Below, one piece after another: positions 30,901-40,306 of a stretch of 64,000 nucleotides of DNA (positions within the stretch are counted from its first letter, which is position 1; every line of letters begins with the position of its first letter). A program made the translations under genes and the position numbers. Below the pieces are notes generated by a model that was not told the origin of the DNA, did not search any database, and was given only the letters and a program-made list of their open reading frames with translations. The stretch is from a bacterium (GTDB lineage Bacteria; Patescibacteriota; Patescibacteriia; SBBB01): positions 4,098-68,097 of the forward strand of contig SBBB01000022.1 of NCBI GenBank assembly GCA_005239895.1. The letters run 5' to 3'.

Positions 30901-31454
30901 CGAGGACAATAAGGACACACTCTATAATCTTGATAAATTAATTGATTAGTATGCAACATTTTAAAAACCCACCAAACAGATTCCATGTAAGAATTATCCA
31001 GGGTTGCGTATTGTTGGTGATAATCTGTCCAACGCCCAATTCTGGAAAACGTACCTTTCCAAACATCTAAATATTTAAATACAATATCTTTACAAGCCTG
31101 ATTAAACTTAGCAATGCTAGCTGTTTTATCGCCAGCTAAAGATTCAATAGAAGATTTATTTTTAATACCTAGTTCTTTTTCAACTAAATTTTCAATAGGC
31201 AAACCATGGCAATCCCAGCCTATCCTGCGCTCTACTTTATAACCCTTCATAGTCCAATAACGAGTCACAACATCTTTAATAATACTAATAAACACATGAC
31301 CTACGTGAGGTGGACCAGAAGCAAATGGAGGACCATCGTAAAAATTATAAAGTGGACATTTATCATTTTTGATTAAAGTCTTCTCAAAAATTTTATGTTC
31401 ATCCCAAAATTTTAATACATCCTCTTCTTTAGAAGAAGAATTTATTTGTAGCAT
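27927..31454 (-). CDS. ileS: Isoleucyl-tRNA synthetase (IleRS2 type) with an inserted histidine-phosphatase domain
   Basis: DGPPFASGPPHVGH, GWDCHGLP, WTTTPWTLP, DQTRGWFY, KLSKK; insert runs RHTEAEHN...VTHG. Confidence 0.95.
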   Translation of the reverse strand: MLQINSSSKEEDVLKFWDEHKIFEKTLIKNDKCPLYNFYDGPPFASGPPHVGHVFISIIKDVVTRYWTMKGYKVERRIGWDCHGLPIENLVEKELGIKNKSSIESLAGDKTASIAKFNQACKDIVFKYLDVWKGTFSRIGRWTDYHQQYATLDNSYMESVWWVFKMLHTNQLIYQDYRVCPYCPRCETGLSNFEVNLGYRDVDDKSIYVKFKIQKPLDNNLPNNSYFLVWTTTPWTLPGNVALAINKNLFYALIKIQDEYLIITKDRLSVFVEGDYKIIKIMKGVELIGVSYDAFYNVSSLIKAQDIKNFKNIIHQVYHGDFVSSADGSGVVHIAPAFGEDDMTLSKQNKLPVFITVDAAGRLMKGLNLPGEGELVKNANIAITQDLDQRKLLWKEEVINHSYPFCWRCDHYLIYYPLTSWYVNVVKIKAALLANNKKINWSPQHIKNGRFGKWLDTARDWAISRTRFWGVPIPAWSCVKCHTKKIMGSIEELALATPSGNKFIVIRHTEAEHNVNKVLNEPTFCNIRKSIHLTAKGVAEAKKISRELRDQTIDLIMASEFLRTQETAKLINSHHNIPLVIDPNLNDINPGVFTGKLYSKLTDLRNNSDQPYLVKPENGESYQDVENRVTKLFEKLNQDYKNKTIVIVTHGAVIRTIYKYFNMKSEHQAVSLKVPWGSKHIFHNNIRDLHRPYIDNIVLKCSCGGEMRRVEDVLDCWFESGSMPYASWHYPFENKEKVEKIFPADFIVEALDQTRGWFYTLHVLASALTIPKVKLSHGAKLGKLKPAYKNVSVTGLILAEDGKKLSKKLKNYTDIDVLFQKYGVDSLRYFLLTAVQFGEDFNLSEKNISDSQRNILITLQNVYSFYEMYNVKKSAKSKKVKIIKPKHILDKWILSKLHALIKQMTLSLNKHDIVGATRLIGDFINSLSTWYLRRSRDRIKQNPEFLGFILSQVAVVIAPFMPFKAEVLYQSLNPTLESVHLENWPVYNAKFINNTLHRNMDSVLEVVEIAHSLRSESGIKIRQPLSCLKIQGLKLSSSLNKELLGLIQDELNIKTALLGADKSKTQRNWISKKYKKLTVAIDLTLTPELKQEGLLRELIRQINSYRKNKSLTINDKVVMSFFTEDEDLLKVINDYTKQLKDATLCSKIMPCKEMDFGDEILVNNAVLKIKLIKRS

Positions 31455-31470
31455 AAAAAATCACTTTAGT

Positions 31471-32439
31471 TTAGAGAACCTGAGTAATTGGATTCTTGCC
31501 ATCCAGCACGGCTATAATATTGTCTACAGCCAGTTGGGCCATACCAGCGCGAGTTTCAATGGTGGCTGAGGCTATATGAGGAGTAATAACTAAATTTTTT
31601 AATTTTGACATTCCGGGGCTTAAACGGGGTTCAAATTCAAAAACATCTAAAGCTGCGCCAGCGATACGCTTAGATTGCAAGGCTTTAACCAATTCTACTT
31701 CATTAATAATTGGTCCTCTAGAAGTATTAATAATATAAGCTGTTTTTTTAATTAATTTTAACTGTTTTTTATCTATTAAATGACGGGTAGTTGGTAGTAA
31801 AGGAACATGAATAGATATAAAATCAGAATTTTTTAATAAATCACTTAAACTAACTGCGGAACAACCCAAGCTTTGATCTAATTCCGCGTGAATCTTACCA
31901 TTATCAAAATATACAACTTTCATCTGATAACCCCGAGAAGCAATCTTAGCCACTATGGAACCAATTCTTCCCATGCCAATAATACCAATGGTTTTGTCTT
32001 TTAACTCCGATCCTAAAAACAAATCTGGTCTCCAGCCTTTAAATTTATTTTTCCGTAAAAATTCATCCGACTCTGGAATTCTTCGAGCCAAACTCATTAT
32101 TAAAGCAAATGTGTGCTCAGCCACGGCTTGAGTGAGAACATTAGGAGTGTTGGTAACAATAATATTTCTTTCTTTGGCTTCTTGAATATCAATATTATCA
32201 TACCCCACGGCATAATTAGCAATAACCTTTAATTGTTTGCCAGCGCTATCCATAATTTCTTTAGATATTTTATCAGTTAATAAACATAGAATAGCATCTT
32301 TACCCACTACAGCTTTTTTTAACTCATTAGGTTGTAAAGTATTGGCAGACTTATTAATTGTAACCGCGTATTTTGACCTTAATTGTTTAACAGCTTCTCC
32401 GGGTAATTGTTTGGTAACTAAAATTTTAAATTTAGACAT
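31471..32439 (-). CDS. D-isomer-specific 2-hydroxyacid dehydrogenase (glyoxylate reductase/D-glycerate DH-like)
   Basis: AVGYDNID, GIIGMGRIG, INTSRG, LDVFEFEP and TPHIASA motifs. Confidence 0.92.
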   Translation of the reverse strand: MSKFKILVTKQLPGEAVKQLRSKYAVTINKSANTLQPNELKKAVVGKDAILCLLTDKISKEIMDSAGKQLKVIANYAVGYDNIDIQEAKERNIIVTNTPNVLTQAVAEHTFALIMSLARRIPESDEFLRKNKFKGWRPDLFLGSELKDKTIGIIGMGRIGSIVAKIASRGYQMKVVYFDNGKIHAELDQSLGCSAVSLSDLLKNSDFISIHVPLLPTTRHLIDKKQLKLIKKTAYIINTSRGPIINEVELVKALQSKRIAGAALDVFEFEPRLSPGMSKLKNLVITPHIASATIETRAGMAQLAVDNIIAVLDGKNPITQVL

Positions 32440-32452
32440 AATTAATAATTTA

Positions 32453-32547
32453 CCCACCTAAATTTATACTTTCTAGCCACTGTATTTACAGATTATTAAA
32501 TAAAAAGGGGATAATCAACTTGGTGAAAAACGATAAATTTGGAAGGA
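32453..32547. mobile_element. MITE family 2, degenerate
   Basis: CCCACCTAAATTTATA..ATAAATTTGGAAGGA, 95 bp. Confidence 0.5.
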
Positions 32548-32593
32548 TTAATAACAGTATATATACAAAAAAATGGAAAGTCAAAACTTTCCA

Positions 32594-32992
<399 letters not shown>

Positions 32993-33065
32993 CTCAAAAA
33001 CATTAAAAATTAGTGTAATACATAATACCACAAAACTATAAACAAATAAAATAATTTGTCAATAG

Positions 33066-33156
33066 CCCGCTAAACCTTCCTTAAAATCGTGAAACGAAAA
33101 ACATTTCAATGGATTAAAATGTTTATTATAAATTTCAACAAATAAGTTTAGGCGGA
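33066..33156. mobile_element. MITE family 2
   Basis: CCCGCTAAACCTT..AAGTTTAGGCGGA. Confidence 0.6.
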
Positions 33157-33196
33157 TAAATTTTCTAACTTGACCTCTAAATATTAATTTTTCAAA

Positions 33197-35179
33197 CTAT
33201 TTTTCTGTCCCTACTGGCAAACGTTCTACAAAATTACCACGCCCATCTTGCTTAAAATAATATGAAGCAGCTTGTCTTAAATCAAATGGAAATTCTCGTA
33301 AATCTAAACTTGCCACATCTCCAACTTTTAATTTTTTATCTTTTGAGCCTAGTATTCCTGTTTCAGATAATTTAACAATCTTCCATTTATTACCCATTCT
33401 CTCCAAGAGAACCATTACAGGCTTAGCGCCAACTCTATTAAAAATAGTCTTTCCACCTCTAGCTTCATGTTCATATATACCCACTGACACTGCAAAGGCG
33501 TGAGGCTCTTGCAAGGCTTGAGGTTGTTTTTTATAATCTTCTATATGAACACGCTCCAAAAAAGCATCATAAAATTCTTTAAAAATTCTAGCGAGTTTGT
33601 CGGGTTCCTCGCCTGTAGATGCTTGACCTTTAATATATTGACTACGAACCAAAGTAGCAAAAAACTCTTTCTGCTTTATAATTCCCAATATTTCACGTAA
33701 TAATTCCATGGTTTTAGTGTCGCTAGCTTTTAATTTTTGACGAATTAATTCTATGTTCTTGGAACTTATTCTACTATTAATATTCTTTTCGTTCCTTTTT
33801 TCTACAGGTTTTAATAATTCAAATAAAGATAATAAAGTATTTATATCTGTATTATACTGACTCGATTCTTTTTGTCCTTCTCTCCAGACATCTGGGTTTA
33901 AAGTTGCTAATTTAAACTCATTCGGAGGAAAAAACGGAGAAAACTTATGTGGACTAAAAATCCTATCCGCTCCAGACGCATACACAATATGACTTCTTAA
34001 TCTTTTTCTTACACCTCCAAGATAATCTATAGTTTTACCATGTTCATCTCTTTTATTGCTCATAACAGCTAATTCAAGTAATTTGTCTTTAGTGAGCTTT
34101 AAATCTGAACAAATCCTTAAAATAGTATTAAATTTTTCATCATGAACAGCAGACACAGATTCAGAATGCTCTTTAAACCTAGCTACAATATCTTCTTCTT
34201 TCTTTTCTTTTCTAGTAGCTTCTTCGGCTAGTATAGTATCAATCCAAATAGAAAATTCCGGATCTTCTTTCCGCATAGCATCCATCCTTTCCTGTAATGG
34301 TTTAATAGCTTCAACATAAGCTGTTTCAATCCCAGCTTTAACATTTGTAATTTCCGCTTGCTTAGGTGTGTATAATGCTTCTATTTTTGGAAATATTTCC
34401 AAATTTTTCTTTTTTAACCCTTGCTTTATACGTTCATAACGCGAATTATAAGCGTGTTTATCATTTGGTGACCGTGATTGATTGTTATTTAAATCCCCTA
34501 GTAACTTAAATGCTGTTTTAAATGAGTCGCCTGTTGTGGCAGGAATAATATTTAAACTTACCAAAAGGTCATAGTCAACATTGTTTAATAGTTCTTTTTT
34601 AGATATTGCAATATCATGGGCTTGTTGCCAGACTTTTTCGTCTTGATTGGATTGTTCTAGAGCGCTATTTTTATTTTGCGCGGCTTTATCTAAATCTAAT
34701 TTTAGAATCTTGAACTCACGCTCCTTTTTTCTAAATCTTTCTAATTTTTTTTGTTCGGCTAATTGAGATGCTTTTAATTCATCTTGTTCTTGTAGAGTAG
34801 TGGCAATAAGATCTTCAAATGACATTTCTTCCTCTGCAGGCTTATCTGATGACGACTGCTCAGTCTCAACTCCATCCGTGTCTGTTGTATCTGTTAATGG
34901 TGCTGGTGTTTCTTCTGGAGTTGTTTCTGTTTGGTCATCTTCTGCTGCTGGTGTTGGCACTACATCTGCATTAGGAACATCGTCGCCCTCCACTGACAAA
35001 TCAGCTGGCGCTGTTTTTGTATCAGCGTCATCTGTTGGAGCTGGTTTTGAAGTTGATTTTTTTGGAGGCGTTTTTCTTGAAGCTTTTTTTGCCGGTGTTT
35101 TTGATTGTTCCAAATCAGGATTGTTGCCTTCTGGTATAGGTCCACCTTTTGCACCTTTTGGTAATTCTTTGTCAGGCAT
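33197..35179 (-). CDS. Hypothetical protein with a disordered basic-then-acidic N-terminus and coiled coils
   Basis: 660-aa ORF; PAKKASRKTPPKK followed by a D/E/T/P-rich tract. Confidence 0.75.
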   Translation of the reverse strand: MPDKELPKGAKGGPIPEGNNPDLEQSKTPAKKASRKTPPKKSTSKPAPTDDADTKTAPADLSVEGDDVPNADVVPTPAAEDDQTETTPEETPAPLTDTTDTDGVETEQSSSDKPAEEEMSFEDLIATTLQEQDELKASQLAEQKKLERFRKKEREFKILKLDLDKAAQNKNSALEQSNQDEKVWQQAHDIAISKKELLNNVDYDLLVSLNIIPATTGDSFKTAFKLLGDLNNNQSRSPNDKHAYNSRYERIKQGLKKKNLEIFPKIEALYTPKQAEITNVKAGIETAYVEAIKPLQERMDAMRKEDPEFSIWIDTILAEEATRKEKKEEDIVARFKEHSESVSAVHDEKFNTILRICSDLKLTKDKLLELAVMSNKRDEHGKTIDYLGGVRKRLRSHIVYASGADRIFSPHKFSPFFPPNEFKLATLNPDVWREGQKESSQYNTDINTLLSLFELLKPVEKRNEKNINSRISSKNIELIRQKLKASDTKTMELLREILGIIKQKEFFATLVRSQYIKGQASTGEEPDKLARIFKEFYDAFLERVHIEDYKKQPQALQEPHAFAVSVGIYEHEARGGKTIFNRVGAKPVMVLLERMGNKWKIVKLSETGILGSKDKKLKVGDVASLDLREFPFDLRQAASYYFKQDGRGNFVERLPVGTEK

Positions 35180-35296
35180 ATATAAAAAAATTTATTAAAA
35201 ACTTAACTTTATAATTTTTAACTTTTATAATCTATATTATACCATAATATTATGGCATGATCAAACATGTGCATAAGTCAAGCAGATTTAAGATTT

Positions 35297-35470
35297 TCAG
35301 TTTATGGTTTATGGCTTATGGATTACGAGTTACGAGTTACGAGTTACGGATTACGAGTTACGATTTATGATTTTTGATTTAAAAACTTTACATTTGACAA
35401 TTGACATTTAACAACTGACAAAAATAAATTATTCTTGATTCTTGCCTAATGCCTAATGCCTAATGCCTAA
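35297..35470. repeat. Cluster of heptamer tandem arrays (TTATGG-, TTACGAG-, TTGACA-like, TGCCTAA)
   Basis: Read directly; several different 7-mer units in series. Confidence 0.85.
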
Positions 35471-35487
35471 ATCTACGGCTGGGTTGA

Positions 35488-35605
35488 CCCCGTTAGAAGC
35501 CGCGATCGCCACAAAAAAATATATTATATATTAAAAATAAACATAGTAATTTAATAAATACTTAACTCAACTTAATATTCAAATCGCGATCTGCTTCTAA
35601 CGGGG
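35488..35605. mobile_element. MITE family 1, subfamily A
   Basis: CCCCGTTAGAAG..CTTCTAACGGGG flanked by TTGA on both sides. Confidence 0.85.
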
Positions 35606-35634
35606 TTGACAAATCCCTCAAACTAGTGTATAAT
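35606..35634 (+). promoter_or_regulatory. Perfect sigma70 promoter
   Basis: TTGACA-17 bp-TATAAT. Confidence 0.8.
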
Positions 35635-35794
35635 GTATTCCAATAAATAATTGCATCCTGGTTCAAAATTGCTTTTATTAATAGATAGTGTATGGAATAA
35701 AGGTTTTTTTGAGAAAGGATGCAATCTAGGAGGACTGCCCTTTTTCAACCACTGTTGTATAACAGTGGAAAAATTAACTCAGGAGGAAAAGCCA

Positions 35795-36025
35795 ATGACT
35801 AAAATGACCAGCATCTCATTTTTCAACATGTCAAGCAGAGCGTATCACATGACGTTTAACAGGTGGCTCAGAGAGCAACATGCCCATGGTCAGGGCATGC
35901 CAACAACTAACACGCAAACACAGCAATTATCAACCCCAGTGAAAGAAACCAGGCAGTTCATTCTTTTCAAAAAAGATGGCACGGTTGTTTCACACGTCGC
36001 GCCAACCGTAAGCGCAACCGCTTAA
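35795..36025 (+). CDS. Hypothetical small protein (orphan cassette)
   Basis: ATG 35795 behind SD AGGAGG; promoter upstream; two hairpins at 36049-36115. Confidence 0.6.
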   Translation: MTKMTSISFFNMSSRAYHMTFNRWLREQHAHGQGMPTTNTQTQQLSTPVKETRQFILFKKDGTVVSHVAPTVSATA

Positions 36026-36122
36026 CCACCCCGCATCAACAAAAAAGCTGCGCCTTACCGCCTAAGGCGCACGCAGACAAAATCAAAGGGTCAAAGCTAA
36101 CTACTTTGACCCTTCCTGCCCT

Positions 36123-38648
36123 TCACACTTTTTTATGCTGGTTATAAACCACAAAACCAGAAATAAATATCAAGGCTATTAAAGTTACATAAAAATATAT
36201 TTTATACTGATTATCATCATGACTATTATCGTTTGAAATGTTTAATTTAATTTCTTTTTCAATAGGATTATACTGAAGCTCATTTTTAATTTCTGAAGTA
36301 TTTCCAGTTTTAACACTCTGAATTTTTAGATCATTTAAATTTCGTGGCAATATTCGTGTTAAATTTTTATTTCTATCAATATATCCAGCTACAAAAATTG
36401 AATCGCCTTTTAAAATTTTGGGCATTTCTTTAAAATTATTTTTTTGAAAATATACTCTAACTTCTGAATCGTCATCTTCAACATACACGCCCCTACCATT
36501 AACGCGATTTACAAGACCCTTAATACTGACTAATTGTTTTTTGGGTTCTTTTTCAATATCCGAAATACTCACAGGCTTAGGTTCGGATGTTTTTGATTCT
36601 TCTAAAATATTTAATTTTTTCAAATCTTGCTGGCCATCGAAATTATTTAAAACAATATTTACAGGAGGGACTAAATTTTTATCAACTTCTTTATTAATCT
36701 CAGAATCAATAATAGAAACCAATAAAGTTTCAGTATCTGAACCACCATTTGTGTCTTTCATTAATAATTTCACATTATAATTACCACCTTTAAGATATTT
36801 GTGTTTTTCTACACTATTATTACTAATAGTTCCATCACCAAAATCTAAAAAATATTCTAAATCATCCCCATCAGGATCGTAAGAACCAGAACCATCAAAT
36901 AAAACACTGTGCGAATCTTTTAAATCTATATGTTTAGTCAAAATTGCTTTAGGCGATTGGTTTGCAAAAATTAAAACATTGTCTTGATTGGGAGTAATTC
37001 CCAAAGTCCACGATCTGGTGTTACTATTTATGCGACTATAAGATTGATTGGTTGACGCAACTTGAGAATACGCTAAAACATCTACTAAAACACGACCATT
37101 GGTATTTATTTCATTGGCGTACAGCTTTACTGTATCGCTTTTGTTATTTAATTGTAATTTGGTGATTTTAGAATAAACAACCAAAAATCCTTGAGACTTA
37201 ATAATAGTATCCTTAAAATCTAAATTATTAATTTTATATTCTCCCGTAGTGTTGGCAAGTATCCAACCATTTAAATTTATTTCATTAGAGCCTAAATTTT
37301 TTAACTCCACAAACTCTTGTTCACTATCTGAACCAAGAGGATTGGGCAAAACTTCGTTAATTACAACCTGATAATCAGTTGCACGAACTGAACGCGATTC
37401 ATTAATATTATTATCAACCAAAATAATATTTCCAGCATTAGGTGTTTTTGCGAAAGTCAATTTAAAATCTCTACGATTATGATTGGAATTTAATCCATCT
37501 TTTATTCTAGCCATAGATAAATCTTTGGGTTGCGCGTCCGCATTATCATTTATATTTCCATCGTCAAAATCACCATAAGCAACTTTATCTATAATGACTC
37601 CGTTTTTATTTTTTAAAACTATTGAATCTCCATCATTGTTTAAATAACCAGATTTAATATATATGGTTAAAAATTTATTATGACCACCGGGTTCTAAAAA
37701 GTCATATAATTGAATTTTTTCACCTGAACCGTCTTCTAAATATGACCCATTCAAACCAATTCTCTTGTCTGTAGTATTGTAAAGTTCTATCCACTCGTCC
37801 TGAGCATTGCTAGTATTGGCCATAAATTCATTAATAACAACATCTCCAACCAGGGGTTCAGCTGAAACAAGTTTGGCATTATTCTCATTAATCGAATCAG
37901 ATGGTTTGACAGTAGTTGAAGTCTCGTTTTTTGCAAGCGTTGAAGATTCTGAGGTTGTACTCGGTTTATTAAAACTTAAACCACCATCCAAGTCACTAGT
38001 ATTTTGCGGATTAGGTTTGTTTTGTATAAAAAAATCCAGGGAATTATTATCTGTGTCTTGAATATTATTACTAAAATATCTTTCTAAACTTTGGTGTTTT
38101 TCGGGATTGACAGCAGCTACTAGTTCTTTATCTTGCGCTGTACCAAAACCAATTTTATCAACTAAGGTTTTGCCATCATCGCTGTACAATAAAATAGTAT
38201 TATCTTCAGCCACAGATGCAGTTGAAACTGAATAAAAAATATCTGGACTTTTACCAGATTTATAATTTTTATGAGCAATCAATAAATAACCCCTGGATTT
38301 AATAACCAAAGCAGCTGGAAAACTAGTAACTAAATTAGATTGTGAACCCGTTGCTGTCTTTTTAGACAGTCTCCACTGATTTAAACTAATATCCGTTCCA
38401 GTTGGATTATACAATTCTATAAATTCGTCTAAAGTGGTTTCACCATTAATTTTAATTTCAGATATTACAACCTGGCTAGGATTAGCTATAGCAACTCTAT
38501 AAAACGAAAGACCCAAAACAATTAAAAATAAACCCTTTAAACCAATTGCCAAACCAATCGAACGAACATACAATTGCATACGCAGCTTTCCAGCTTTAAA
38601 AAAATTTTTAAAACCTTCTAGGTCACGATTGTTGCTTTTTAATAACAT
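36123..38648 (-). CDS. Cell-surface protein with 3 lamin-tail domains, PKD, an OB-fold-like region and a C-terminal TM
   Basis: Three VVI(S/N)E...E(F/W)(I/V)EL.N repeats and FDGSGSYDPDGD..DFGDG. True start may be ATG 38579. Confidence 0.85.
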   Translation of the reverse strand: MLLKSNNRDLEGFKNFFKAGKLRMQLYVRSIGLAIGLKGLFLIVLGLSFYRVAIANPSQVVISEIKINGETTLDEFIELYNPTGTDISLNQWRLSKKTATGSQSNLVTSFPAALVIKSRGYLLIAHKNYKSGKSPDIFYSVSTASVAEDNTILLYSDDGKTLVDKIGFGTAQDKELVAAVNPEKHQSLERYFSNNIQDTDNNSLDFFIQNKPNPQNTSDLDGGLSFNKPSTTSESSTLAKNETSTTVKPSDSINENNAKLVSAEPLVGDVVINEFMANTSNAQDEWIELYNTTDKRIGLNGSYLEDGSGEKIQLYDFLEPGGHNKFLTIYIKSGYLNNDGDSIVLKNKNGVIIDKVAYGDFDDGNINDNADAQPKDLSMARIKDGLNSNHNRRDFKLTFAKTPNAGNIILVDNNINESRSVRATDYQVVINEVLPNPLGSDSEQEFVELKNLGSNEINLNGWILANTTGEYKINNLDFKDTIIKSQGFLVVYSKITKLQLNNKSDTVKLYANEINTNGRVLVDVLAYSQVASTNQSYSRINSNTRSWTLGITPNQDNVLIFANQSPKAILTKHIDLKDSHSVLFDGSGSYDPDGDDLEYFLDFGDGTISNNSVEKHKYLKGGNYNVKLLMKDTNGGSDTETLLVSIIDSEINKEVDKNLVPPVNIVLNNFDGQQDLKKLNILEESKTSEPKPVSISDIEKEPKKQLVSIKGLVNRVNGRGVYVEDDDSEVRVYFQKNNFKEMPKILKGDSIFVAGYIDRNKNLTRILPRNLNDLKIQSVKTGNTSEIKNELQYNPIEKEIKLNISNDNSHDDNQYKIYFYVTLIALIFISGFVVYNQHKKV

Positions 38649-38673
38649 TTGATATAATTCCTTATATTAATTT

Positions 38674-39930
38674 ATGTTTGATATTCAAAAAATACGCGCT
38701 AATTTCCCGATTTTAAACCGATCAGTTAATAATAAACAACTGATCTATTTTGATAATGCAGCCACGTCTCAACTCCCTCGCGTGGTTATAGATACTATTT
38801 CTAATTATTATACCACTTATAATTCTAATATTCATCGAGGAATTCACACTCTTAGCTCAGAATCTACAATTCAATACGAATTAGCGCGTCAAAAAGTGGC
38901 TAATTTTATTCATGCTAAATCAGCGGATGAAATAATTTTTACCCGCAATGCTACCGAAGGAATTAATTTGATTGCTCAATCTTGGCTCGCGCCCAATATA
39001 AAACCAAAAGATGAAATTATATTAACTATAATGGAGCACCATAGTAATATTGTGCCCTGGGTATTATTAAATAAAAAATACAACAAATCTTCAGGGGTTT
39101 ATTTGGGAGATAAAATTAAAATTAATTTTCTTCCCCTTACTACAGACCGCGCTTTAGATATTAACAAACTTGATAAATTATTAACTAAACACCCCAAATT
39201 AGTAAGCCTTACGCATTTATCTAATGTTTTAGGAACCATAAATCCCATTCAAGAAATTATAAAAAAATGTCACGAAGCTAGCGCTCTGGTTTGTGTGGAT
39301 GCCAGCCAAAGCATTGCGCATTTACCTATAAATGTACAAGATCTTGATTGTGATTTTTTAGTATTATCTGGACATAAAATGTTTGGCCCCTCGGGTATCG
39401 GAGCTATTTATGTTAAAAAACGTATTTTAGAAAAAATGATACCGTTTTTAGGAGGTGGAGAAATGGTTAAAGATGTTTCTTTAGATTATATTATGTTTAA
39501 TGAACTGCCTTATAGATTTGAAGCTGGAACTCCAAATATTGCTGGCGCGATTGGATTAGGGGCGGCTATTGATTTTTTAAATAGTTTAGATCGTACAGAA
39601 ATCATAAAATACGAAAACAAATTAAATAAATATTTACTAAAAAAATCTAGTGCTATAGATGCAGTTCATATTTATAGCCCTTTAAATCCTAATCTAAATG
39701 CTCCGATAATGGCTTTTAACGTCGGAGATATACATTCTCACGATTTAGCTAGTATTTTAGACAAAGAAGGTATAGCTATCCGTTCTGGACATCATTGCGC
39801 CAAACCCTTAATAACAACTTTTAAAACTAGTTCTGTGGCTCGCGCTAGTTTAACATTTTATAATACCTTCGATGAAATTGATAAATTTATTCTGGCTATT
39901 CAAAAAGCTAAACGCTTATTTCGAATCTAG
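38674..39930 (+). CDS. sufS: Cysteine desulfurase SufS
   Basis: YFDNAATS, SGHKMFGP, FEAGTP and RSGHHCA motifs. Confidence 0.95.
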   Translation: MFDIQKIRANFPILNRSVNNKQLIYFDNAATSQLPRVVIDTISNYYTTYNSNIHRGIHTLSSESTIQYELARQKVANFIHAKSADEIIFTRNATEGINLIAQSWLAPNIKPKDEIILTIMEHHSNIVPWVLLNKKYNKSSGVYLGDKIKINFLPLTTDRALDINKLDKLLTKHPKLVSLTHLSNVLGTINPIQEIIKKCHEASALVCVDASQSIAHLPINVQDLDCDFLVLSGHKMFGPSGIGAIYVKKRILEKMIPFLGGGEMVKDVSLDYIMFNELPYRFEAGTPNIAGAIGLGAAIDFLNSLDRTEIIKYENKLNKYLLKKSSAIDAVHIYSPLNPNLNAPIMAFNVGDIHSHDLASILDKEGIAIRSGHHCAKPLITTFKTSSVARASLTFYNTFDEIDKFILAIQKAKRLFRI

Positions 39931-39948
39931 TAGTTTATAAATGAAAAT

Positions 39949-40302
39949 ATGAATATTTATCGAGAAATAATTTTAGATTTATATCGGAACCCTTTAAATT
40001 TTGGAAGCATTGCTAACGCGGATGTAGTTTTATCCGAAACTAACCAATTATGCGGCGATACTTTAAATTTATTTTTTAAATTCAAAAATAATAAAATTGA
40101 TTTAATTAAATTTAACGGTGAAGGTTGCGCTATTTCTATAGCCAGCGCGTCTATTCTCACTGAAATGCTAAAAAACAAATTTAAAAATGAATTATCTACT
40201 ATTACGAGCCAAAATATTTTAGATGAACTTGGTATTAATCCAGGACCAACTCGTTTTAGGTGCGCAACTTTAGGACTAGAAGCTCTTAAAAAAATTATTT
40301 AA
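39949..40302 (+). CDS. sufU: SufU/IscU-type Fe-S scaffold or sulfur-transfer protein
   Basis: NQLCGD, GCAISIASAS and RFRCA motifs; follows sufS. Confidence 0.88.
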   Translation: MNIYREIILDLYRNPLNFGSIANADVVLSETNQLCGDTLNLFFKFKNNKIDLIKFNGEGCAISIASASILTEMLKNKFKNELSTITSQNILDELGINPGPTRFRCATLGLEALKKII

Positions 40303-40306
40303 TAAA

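Noticed and set aside
34800-35198. 132-aa plus-strand Ser/Val/Gly-rich ORF and other short ORFs nested in gyrA, ileS, pnp, rnj, frr etc.
   Set aside because: Antisense or alternate-frame shadows of well-supported genes.
35297-35470. Possible CRISPR or iteron array
   Set aside because: These are heptamer microsatellites of changing sequence, with no repeat-spacer structure and no rep gene.
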